Source: Crocinitomicaceae bacterium (lineage in GTDB: Bacteria; Bacteroidota; Bacteroidia; Flavobacteriales_D; Crocinitomicaceae). Taken from it: a stretch of DNA of 64,000 nucleotides. Shown here piece after piece: positions 57,077 through 64,000 of this stretch. The position numbers and the translations under genes were made by a program. The stretch spans positions 52,807 through 116,806 of the forward strand of contig JBILPT010000001.1 in the NCBI GenBank assembly GCA_044373675.1, in the 5' to 3' direction. The stretch's first letter is position 1; every line of letters begins with the position of its first letter. The notes beneath the pieces were generated by a model. It ran no database searches. It was not told the DNA's origin and saw only the letters and a list, made by a program, of their open reading frames with translations.

Positions 57077-58048
57077 GTGAAAATTAATATTCTATATCCT
57101 GCTTTATTACTATTTTTAGTTTTAAATATATTTGAAGCTAGGTCTCAAGACCCAACTTTCACCCAATTTTATTCCAATCCAGTATACTTAAATCCTGCAT
57201 TTGCTGGTTCAAGCGGTTGTCCAAGAATTTCGCTAAATTATCGTAACGAATGGCCAAGTTTATCAGGAAATTATGTTACTTATTGTGCTTCATTTGACAC
57301 TTACGCGAAAAGTATTTCAGGTGGATTGGGAATTATAGCAATGCATGATCAACAAGGACAAGCAACAATCCAAACAAGTATGATTGGTGGAATTTATTCA
57401 TACAATTTAAAAGTAAATCGAAAATTCTCCCTAATGTTTGGAGTTAAAGCTGCATACTTTCAAAAATTTCTTGATTGGAACAAATTAACTTTTGGAGATA
57501 TGATTGACCCAAGAAGAGGTTTCATCTACCAAACTGGAGATGTTCCAAGAGGAGGACAAAGAGGATTTTTTGATGCTTCAGCTGGAATTGTAGGATTTGG
57601 CAAAAACTTTTATTTTGGTATTGCTGGAAATCATCTAAATCGTCCTGATGAATCATTAATATTAGGAACGTCTAGGCTACCAATAAGAATGACTGGTCAT
57701 ATTGGCGCAGTTATTAATATTGGGAATAAAGGAAAGTACTCCTACAAAACAAGTTTAATGCCTAATATTATATACCAGTATCAAAATGGTTTTCAAGAAC
57801 TAAATATAGGAACTTACATAAAATATGGGATTTTTACATCAGGAGTATGGTATAGAAATAGAGATGCGTTCATTATTTCTCTTGGTATGGCAACTGAAAA
57901 AATAAAAATTGGATATAGTTACGATTTAACAGTTTCAAAACTTGGTAACGCAATTACTGGTGGTTCCCATGAAATTTCAATGGGGATAAATTTGAAGTGT
58001 AAGAAGAAAGCGAAAAATTTTAGGAAAATTTCTTGCCCTTCATTTTAA
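57077..58048 (+). CDS. PorP/SprF-family type IX secretion system membrane protein
   Basis: Hallmark N-terminus after the signal peptide, QDPTFTQFYSNPVYLNPAFAG, and C-terminal GGSHEISMG. GTG start. Confidence 0.85.
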   Translation: MKINILYPALLLFLVLNIFEARSQDPTFTQFYSNPVYLNPAFAGSSGCPRISLNYRNEWPSLSGNYVTYCASFDTYAKSISGGLGIIAMHDQQGQATIQTSMIGGIYSYNLKVNRKFSLMFGVKAAYFQKFLDWNKLTFGDMIDPRRGFIYQTGDVPRGGQRGFFDASAGIVGFGKNFYFGIAGNHLNRPDESLILGTSRLPIRMTGHIGAVINIGNKGKYSYKTSLMPNIIYQYQNGFQELNIGTYIKYGIFTSGVWYRNRDAFIISLGMATEKIKIGYSYDLTVSKLGNAITGGSHEISMGINLKCKKKAKNFRKISCPSF

Positions 58049-58099
58049 ATGTAACTAAAAAATAAAAAGTACTTATTTATTAATTATAAAGAAAAAAAA

Positions 58100-60817
58100 A
58101 TGAGACTAACCTCAATCAAACTATCAGGATTTATAATTATTGTAATGATAATTATCTCATCTTGTGCTAAAGAAAAAATAACTAGTTCTACTAATAGCAA
58201 ATCCACCTCAACAGGATGGGAGTTCAATGATTATAAAAATGGTGGATTTGAGAAAATTGATGAGAAAGAACAAGAGACCGGTCCTGGACTTGTATTAATA
58301 GAAGGTGGTGTTTTTACCATGGGAAGAACAGAGCAAGACGTAATGTTTGATGGGAATTCAAGAGCTGCTAAAGTAACCGTTGGTTCGTTTTATTTAGATA
58401 GAACAGAAGTTACAAATCTACACTGGTTAGAATATATTCATTGGATGAAAAGAGTTTATAATAAAAGCTATCCACATGTGTACAAAAAATCATTGCCCGA
58501 TACTTTAGCTTGGAGAAAAGTGCTAGGATATAGAGAGAAATATGTTGAGTACTACTTACGCCATCCTTCCTATAATGATTATCCAGTGGTTGGTGTATCT
58601 TGGCTTCAAGCAAATGAATTTTGTAAGTGGAGAACTGATCGCGTTAATGAAGGAATTCTAGTACGTGAAGGAATACTCAAATGGCACTTTGCAGATTTAT
58701 ATAACGAAAAAGATGGAGATGTTGGATCTGCAAATAACAAAGATTTTGATAAAAAATTTCAGTCTAAACCTGAAAATATGTTTAGCACTGAAAATTATCT
58801 CAATGGTAACTATACCATTAAAGATGACAGAATCGAGAAAGATAGAAACGATAAACCAAGACTTACTAGAGAGGGTAAGTATAAAATGAAAGGAGATTAT
58901 GGCTACACCCTCGATACTAAAGATTCAAAAGCAAAAGAAATCCCTCGTGATCCTTATCAATTAACAAATTATGATCCTGTATACGCAGATCTGAAAAAAA
59001 ATGAAGTAATCTGTTTAGGAAAACGAGCTGTTAAAATGGAAGATGGGATTTTACTTCCAAACTATAGACTTCCTACAGAAGCAGAGTGGGAATTTGCTGC
59101 TATGGGACTAATTGGAAATTTAGATCCTGAGTCGGAAAACATAAACGATAGAAGAATTTATCCATGGGATGGACACTACGTAAGACAGGATGAAAAAGAG
59201 TTTGCTGGTAAAATTCAAGCTAATTTTATGAGGGGGCGTGGAGATATGATGGGGGTAGCAGGCAATCTTAACGATGGCGGAGATATTACTGTTAGAGTTG
59301 ATGAATTCTGGCCAAATGATTACGGATTATATCACATGGCTGGAAATGTATCAGAATGGGTAATGGATGTTTATCGTCCTATGTCTAGTGAATCTTTTGA
59401 AGAGTTTATGCCATTCAGAGGTAACGTTTATAAAACACAACTTCTTGTTCCTAATGGTCTATACGATAAACCTGTTAAAGCAATGGAAAACTTGTATGAT
59501 GTTCATGGCATGAAAGAATATGTAAATGAATTTGCACGTGTTATGTACCAGTCTAAAACAAACCTAAAAATTGATGGTATTTCTGGAAAATTTGTAGATC
59601 AATATACAAATGATGCTGAACGTAAAAGATTAGAATCTGAAAAGAAAAATGAATTATACATCACGAGTTCAGCCATTATTGCTAATAATAGAGATTCTAT
59701 CGTTTTGCGAAGTTTTTATAGCGGAACAACAAAAACTAATTTGAAGTATGCATGGAGTGTTAATCAGCCAACCAATGTTCAATTTAAAGATAATAAGCAA
59801 TCTCTCGATTCAGCTATAGTAATTTTCAGTACTCCAGGTTTCTATACAGTTACTTTAACCTTTACTGACTCCAAAAAAGTCACCTCAATAAAAAATATAA
59901 ATATTGAGGTAAGAGATTTTACTCAGCTTCCGTTAATAAATAGTAATTCTAGTAATTCTAGAATTAACCAACGACAAGATTCAAAAAAATATCGTTTTAA
60001 TACCTTAAGTAAGGAATATATTGCAAATAATAAGTCATTCAGTGAACAAGAAAAAAGGCAATTTTTATTTTTAGATACCTTAAATATGCATTTAGATACC
60101 GCTATTTTTCTTATGAATGCTAATAGACAAAGTGCTGCATCAGCATATGTTGAAAATGCTTTATTTGGAAATAAATCTCTTGTTCAAATTACAAAAGGAG
60201 ACATTCGTGAAAACAATGATCAAACAACAATAGTCCCCGGTTCAATTTGGCTTAATGGAAATGATGATGCTAGAGACCCTCTCTTCGGTAGAAATTACTT
60301 AGACTCCATGTTTACTAATTTTAGAAATGATCCAACTATTGCAACATGGATAATTACACTAAGAAATGGTTTAACTGAGTTTATATCTGAGACAAAAGGA
60401 AAACAACGTTGGAGAAATGTTACTGTTGAAGAAAATGCTGGAAGATTAAATTATCGTAAAGACGATTACCGAGATTACCTAGATGGAGATTTAGAATCAT
60501 CTATCTATTATAATAATCAAAAGCGTAAAGATGATATTAATCAAGGTAAAAGAGATCCTAAACAAGTTATGTATCAAAATCAATTTGAGAATAAAGATTT
60601 AGATAATCAAGATATTGCCTTTGGTTCAAGTGGTGCACCCACAACATTAATTTCTGATAAATCTCGTGTTTACAAAGGTGGTTCATGGGCTGATAGATCA
60701 TATTGGTTATCCTCTGGAAACAGAAGATTCTTGGATGAAGACAAATCCTCAGATGCAATTGGATTTAGATGTGCTATGGATAGACTTGGTAGCCCAACAG
60801 GGAATAGAAAAAAATAA
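58100..60817 (+). CDS. gldJ: Gliding-motility lipoprotein GldJ (FGE-sulfatase/SUMF1-like fold), unusually long (905 aa)
   Basis: Lipoprotein signal (IISSCAKE). STGWEFNDYKNGGFE...EQETGPGLVLIEGGVFTMG, YRLPTEAEWEFAA, MAGNVSEWVMDVYRP, VYKGGSWADRSYWL, IGFRCAM. Synteny with porU/porV and murF as I recall for F. johnsoniae. Confidence 0.8.
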   Translation: MRLTSIKLSGFIIIVMIIISSCAKEKITSSTNSKSTSTGWEFNDYKNGGFEKIDEKEQETGPGLVLIEGGVFTMGRTEQDVMFDGNSRAAKVTVGSFYLDRTEVTNLHWLEYIHWMKRVYNKSYPHVYKKSLPDTLAWRKVLGYREKYVEYYLRHPSYNDYPVVGVSWLQANEFCKWRTDRVNEGILVREGILKWHFADLYNEKDGDVGSANNKDFDKKFQSKPENMFSTENYLNGNYTIKDDRIEKDRNDKPRLTREGKYKMKGDYGYTLDTKDSKAKEIPRDPYQLTNYDPVYADLKKNEVICLGKRAVKMEDGILLPNYRLPTEAEWEFAAMGLIGNLDPESENINDRRIYPWDGHYVRQDEKEFAGKIQANFMRGRGDMMGVAGNLNDGGDITVRVDEFWPNDYGLYHMAGNVSEWVMDVYRPMSSESFEEFMPFRGNVYKTQLLVPNGLYDKPVKAMENLYDVHGMKEYVNEFARVMYQSKTNLKIDGISGKFVDQYTNDAERKRLESEKKNELYITSSAIIANNRDSIVLRSFYSGTTKTNLKYAWSVNQPTNVQFKDNKQSLDSAIVIFSTPGFYTVTLTFTDSKKVTSIKNINIEVRDFTQLPLINSNSSNSRINQRQDSKKYRFNTLSKEYIANNKSFSEQEKRQFLFLDTLNMHLDTAIFLMNANRQSAASAYVENALFGNKSLVQITKGDIRENNDQTTIVPGSIWLNGNDDARDPLFGRNYLDSMFTNFRNDPTIATWIITLRNGLTEFISETKGKQRWRNVTVEENAGRLNYRKDDYRDYLDGDLESSIYYNNQKRKDDINQGKRDPKQVMYQNQFENKDLDNQDIAFGSSGAPTTLISDKSRVYKGGSWADRSYWLSSGNRRFLDEDKSSDAIGFRCAMDRLGSPTGNRKK

Positions 60818-60831
60818 TATTTTTCTCAAAT

Positions 60832-60869
60832 AAAAAAAAAGCCCGAAGAAAACCTCGGGCTTTTTTTTT
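60832..60869 (+). terminator. Rho-independent (potentially bidirectional) terminator after gldJ
   Basis: A9 run, GCCCGA (60841-60846) / TCGGGC (60855-60860) stem, then a T9 run. Confidence 0.7.
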
Positions 60870-60872
60870 ATA

Positions 60873-60880
60873 TATTTTTG
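60873..60880 (+). promoter_or_regulatory. -7 promoter box for murF, 4 nt from the ATG
   Basis: TATTTTTG-caac-ATG, immediately after the gldJ terminator. Confidence 0.4.
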
Positions 60881-60884
60881 CAAC

Positions 60885-62159
60885 ATGGAAAAACTCTTCT
60901 CGCTTTTTTATAAATCAAGTGGGATTTCAATAGATTCCAGAACTATTCAAAAAGACTCCCTTTTTTTAGCTATAAAAGGCGATCGATTTGATGGGAATCT
61001 ATATGCAGAAAAAGCTGTGAAATCCGGTGCTAAATTTGCAGTTGTAGATAATCCAAAATTTGCAAATGAAATAAATATATTCTGGGTAGAAAATACTACA
61101 CTATTTCTTCAAAAATTAGCAAATTTTCATCGTTTAAAATTTAATATCCCAATTATTGGAATTACAGGAAGTAATGGTAAAACAAGTACTAAAGAACTAA
61201 TAAACGCGGTTTTATCTCAAAAATACAATGTATTATGTACAAAAGGAAATCTGAATAACCATCTTGGAGTTCCTCTCACCCTACTTCAACTGAATGATAA
61301 ACATGAGCTTGCAATTATTGAAATGGGAGCGAATAAGCCTGGAGATATTAAAGAATTAGCAGAAATAGCTGAGCCAAATTATGGAATTATAACAAATATT
61401 GGCAAAGCTCACCTTGAAGGATTTATAAATTTTGAAGGTGTTCTAAAAACAAAACTGGAACTTTTTGATTTTATTTCTTCTTCCAATGGAGAGTTTATAG
61501 TAAACGCTGATGATGAAATATTAAATAATGCTACAAAAGATTATTCAAGTCGTGTCCTCTATAGCAGTATAGAAAGAACAGCAATAGTTGGGAAATTAGA
61601 GGAATTAACACCGTTTGTTGCCCTAAGTTATAAATCAGAAAATTATGAATCGCCATACATCAAAACAAATATGATTGGCAATTATAATTTTTATAATTTT
61701 TTGGTAGCAATTACTTTTGGACAAATTTTTAAAGTAAGTAATGATTTAATAATTGAGGCTATAAGCAATTATGTGCCTTCAAATAATCGTTCGCAAGTTT
61801 TAAAAACGAATAATAATGAATTGATAATTGACTGTTACAATGCAAATCCCTCCAGTATGCTTGCAGCCTTAGAAAGTTTTTTGATGTTGAAAGAACAAAA
61901 TAAAATTGCTATTCTAGGAGATATGTTAGAGCTTGGGGAAGAAAGCATAGCGGAACATAAAAAAATTCTAACTTATTGTTTTGATAATAATTTAGAGTTT
62001 ATTACAGTTGGCCCTATTTTTCAAAGTTTAAATAAAGAAGGTTTTAATTCTATAGAAGACTATAAAGAAATCCACTCAAAAAACAAGCTAAGTGAAAAAA
62101 CTATTTTGTTAAAAGGTTCTCGTGGAATTGCCCTTGAAAATTTAATTGCTTACTTATAA
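60885..62159 (+). CDS. murF: UDP-N-acetylmuramoyl-tripeptide--D-alanyl-D-alanine ligase
   Basis: ISIDSRTIQKDSLFLAIKGDRFDGN, P-loop GITGSNGKTSTKE, DCYNANPSSM. Confidence 0.9.
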   Translation: MEKLFSLFYKSSGISIDSRTIQKDSLFLAIKGDRFDGNLYAEKAVKSGAKFAVVDNPKFANEINIFWVENTTLFLQKLANFHRLKFNIPIIGITGSNGKTSTKELINAVLSQKYNVLCTKGNLNNHLGVPLTLLQLNDKHELAIIEMGANKPGDIKELAEIAEPNYGIITNIGKAHLEGFINFEGVLKTKLELFDFISSSNGEFIVNADDEILNNATKDYSSRVLYSSIERTAIVGKLEELTPFVALSYKSENYESPYIKTNMIGNYNFYNFLVAITFGQIFKVSNDLIIEAISNYVPSNNRSQVLKTNNNELIIDCYNANPSSMLAALESFLMLKEQNKIAILGDMLELGEESIAEHKKILTYCFDNNLEFITVGPIFQSLNKEGFNSIEDYKEIHSKNKLSEKTILLKGSRGIALENLIAYL

Positions 62160-62166
62160 AAGCTTA

Positions 62167-63249
62167 CTAAGATCCATACATCATTAAGAACGATTTTAGA
62201 AATTGATCGATTTCACCATCCATAACTCCATCCACATCTGCAGTTTCAGTTCCTGTACGAACATCTTTTACAAGTTTGTAGGGTTGCATGACATAATTCC
62301 TAATTTGGGAGCCCCACTCTATTTTCTTTTTTCCTGCTTCTATTTCCGATCGTTTTTCTAATCTTTCGCGAAGTTCTAATTCATAAAGCTGAGAACGTAA
62401 TAACTGAAGTGCTTTTTCTTTATTTGCAAGTTGAGAGCGAGATTCAGAGTTTTCAATAATAATTCCGGATGGAGCATGCCTCAAACGAACAGCAGTTTCA
62501 ACTTTATTGACATTTTGACCACCAGCACCTCCAGAACGAAAAGTTTCAAAAGAAACATCAGCAGGATTTACATTTATTTCAATATTATCATCTACCAAAG
62601 GATAAACATAAACTGAAACAAATGAGGTGTGTCTCTTTGCATTTGAGTCAAAAGGAGAGATTCTAACAAGTCGATGAACACCATTTTCACCTTTTAAATA
62701 ACCAAATGCAAATGCTCCTTCAAACTCTAATGTAACGGTTTTAACTCCTGCCACATCACCCTCTTGAAAATTAAGCTCTGTAATTTTACATCCTTTTTTT
62801 TCACCCCACATCATATACATCCTCATTAACATTGAAGCCCAATCGCAACTTTCTGTTCCTCCTGCTCCTGCTGTTATTTGAAGAACTGCGCTTAAGGAAT
62901 CTTCCTCACCAGATAACATGTTTTTAAGCTCCAAATCCTCAATCTCCTTTAAAATTAATTTATACGATTTATCTAAATCAGCTTCACTTGTCATTCCTTC
63001 CTTTACAAACTCATATAAAACTTCTAAATCATCAACTGCAGCTTTAGATTTATCAAAAGATTCTACCCAGTATTTCAATCCTCTAATAGTCTTCATTTGC
63101 TCTTCTGCTTTTTTGGGATCATTCCAAAAAGATGGATCTTGCGTTTTTAATTCTGCCTCTTTTAAATCCATTCTCTTCTCATCAATTTTAAGATAAGATT
63201 GAATTGCAGCAATTCTATTTGTTAAATCTTTAAAATTTTCAATTGTCAT
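62167..63249 (-). CDS. prfB: Peptide chain release factor 2 (single uninterrupted frame)
   Basis: SPF tripeptide (RISPFDS), GGQ motif ([15 protein letters not shown]). N-terminus is continuous through the region where many bacteria carry the +1 frameshift site. Confidence 0.93.
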   Translation of the reverse strand: MTIENFKDLTNRIAAIQSYLKIDEKRMDLKEAELKTQDPSFWNDPKKAEEQMKTIRGLKYWVESFDKSKAAVDDLEVLYEFVKEGMTSEADLDKSYKLILKEIEDLELKNMLSGEEDSLSAVLQITAGAGGTESCDWASMLMRMYMMWGEKKGCKITELNFQEGDVAGVKTVTLEFEGAFAFGYLKGENGVHRLVRISPFDSNAKRHTSFVSVYVYPLVDDNIEINVNPADVSFETFRSGGAGGQNVNKVETAVRLRHAPSGIIIENSESRSQLANKEKALQLLRSQLYELELRERLEKRSEIEAGKKKIEWGSQIRNYVMQPYKLVKDVRTGTETADVDGVMDGEIDQFLKSFLMMYGS

Positions 63250-63253
63250 AGTA

Positions 63254-63261
63254 CAAATTTA
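63254..63261 (-). promoter_or_regulatory. -7 promoter box for prfB, 4 nt from the ATG
   Basis: Minus strand reads TAAATTTG-tact-ATG. Confidence 0.4.
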
Positions 63262-63318
63262 AGGATTATCAAATCATAAAGAGTTTATAAAATTGTTGAT
63301 TTGAATAAACAAAATAAT

Positions 63319-63326
63319 TACATTTG
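63319..63326 (+). promoter_or_regulatory. -7 promoter box for gcvH
   Basis: TACATTTG, 16 nt upstream of the ATG at 63343. Confidence 0.4.
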
Positions 63327-63342
63327 TAAAAAGATTCTTAAA

Positions 63343-63720
63343 ATGAATGTGCCTGCTAATTTAAAATATACCAAAGACCATGAATGGGTTCTTATTAATG
63401 GTGATGAAGCAACAATTGGTATTACTGAATTTGCTCAAAGCGAGCTTGGTGATATTGTATTCGTAGAAATTGAAACTATCGGAGAGACAATGGAAAAAGA
63501 GGCTGTTTTTGGGTCAATTGAAGCAGTTAAAACTGTTTCTGATTTATTTATGCCGCTTACAGGAGAAATAATTTTATTTAATGAATCCTTAGAAAATAAT
63601 CCAGAATTAGTGAATACAGATCCTTATGGTGAAGGATGGATGATTAAAGTAAAATATAGTAACATAAATGAACTAGATGCATTATTAGATAAGATAGCTT
63701 ATGAAGCACTTCTTAATTAA
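63343..63720 (+). CDS. gcvH: Glycine cleavage system H protein
   Basis: [28 protein letters not shown], lipoyl-lysine context [17 protein letters not shown]. The ATG at 63343 is preferred because a -7 box lies at 63319-63326, inside the longer ORF. Confidence 0.93.
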   Translation: MNVPANLKYTKDHEWVLINGDEATIGITEFAQSELGDIVFVEIETIGETMEKEAVFGSIEAVKTVSDLFMPLTGEIILFNESLENNPELVNTDPYGEGWMIKVKYSNINELDALLDKIAYEALLN

Positions 63721-63755
63721 ATAAATGTTTTGTAAATTAAGTAATTTTATAAAAA

Positions 63756-64000
63756 ATGGAAAATAAAAAAAGTAACGAAGCAGACTTAGAGCCAATTCGT
63801 TCAAGTTTGTTCATGGTGGGTCTTAATTATATAGCAGGTATAGTACTTGCAGCATTTACCTTCCAAACAATCAGTGGTGATAATGGAATGACAGAATTAA
63901 ATGAGAAATCTGCTGAAAATGTTTACCAGCAAGAAGAAAAAAAGGAAGAAACTCCGCCACCAGCACCAACTGCACAAGTAAATGCTCCACCTCCAGTAAC
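63756..64000 (+). CDS. Probable TonB-family energy transducer, N-terminal part (runs off the window)
   Basis: Not in the ORF track because it has no stop. My translation from the ATG at 63756: MENKKSNEADLEPIRSSLFMVGLNYIAGIVLAAF... (TM helix), then a Glu/Lys- and Pro-rich stretch EEKKEETPPPAPTAQVNAPPPV, typical of TonB N-termini. Confidence 0.5.
   Translation, partial: MENKKSNEADLEPIRSSLFMVGLNYIAGIVLAAFTFQTISGDNGMTELNEKSAENVYQQEEKKEETPPPAPTAQVNAPPPV

Noticed and set aside
62167-63249. Searched prfB for the programmed +1 frameshift (CUU UGA C type) found in many bacteria.
   Set aside because: The frame is continuous from the ATG through ...[21 protein letters not shown]..., which aligns with the region spanning the E. 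coli shift site. There is no in-frame stop, so there is no recoding here. A sizeable minority of bacteria lack the shift, so this is unremarkable.
1-64000. Looked for CRISPR arrays, tRNA/rRNA genes, transposases, integrases, phage or defence-island genes, and abrupt composition shifts.
   Set aside because: None seen. Composition and coding density look uniform, every long ORF is housekeeping, envelope or transport, and no spaced direct-repeat arrays are present. By eye only, so small ncRNAs could be missed.

Overview
AT-rich, densely coding window (about 59 protein genes, no rRNA, tRNA, CRISPR, transposase or integrase that I could recognise). The gene content points to a Bacteroidota, probably Flavobacteriales-like, chromosome: gliding/T9SS genes porV, porU, porP/sprF and gldJ, TAnnTTTG-type promoter boxes, exbB-exbD-tonB-folC synteny, and a short sigma-70. 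Most of it is core housekeeping: priA, rpoD, lysS, accA, recG, folC, pyrR-pyrB, rnz, tgt, rsmG, murF, prfB, gcvH, ispE, ispF. There is also a complete Na+-NQR operon (nqrA-F) and an NhaD antiporter. Themed blocks: (1) nt 1-4218, a tightly coupled crtI-crtB-idi-PTPS-photolyase-bcp operon (carotenoid, pterin, photorepair, peroxide). (2) nt 15.9-22.2 kb, a TonB-dependent receptor plus a T9SS-secreted multi-domain protein plus an orphan OmpR-type regulator. The two large genes carry a shared ~40-bp upstream element. (3) nt 22.4-26.3 kb, the best candidate for an undescribed system. An ApbE flavin transferase lies convergent with a five-gene exported operon: OM beta-barrel, YceI, a His-free 4-TM protein, a CXXCH lipoprotein, and a DUF2271-like protein carrying a TGAT flavinylation-type motif. 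(4) nt 51.8-60.8 kb, a T9SS core locus with an unusually long GldJ (905 aa) preceded by a PorP/SprF-like gene. Four genes have perfect -7 boxes only 4-5 nt from their ATG, suggesting leaderless mRNAs. All functional calls come from motif recognition by eye. No database search was run, and none of the novelty claims is proven.
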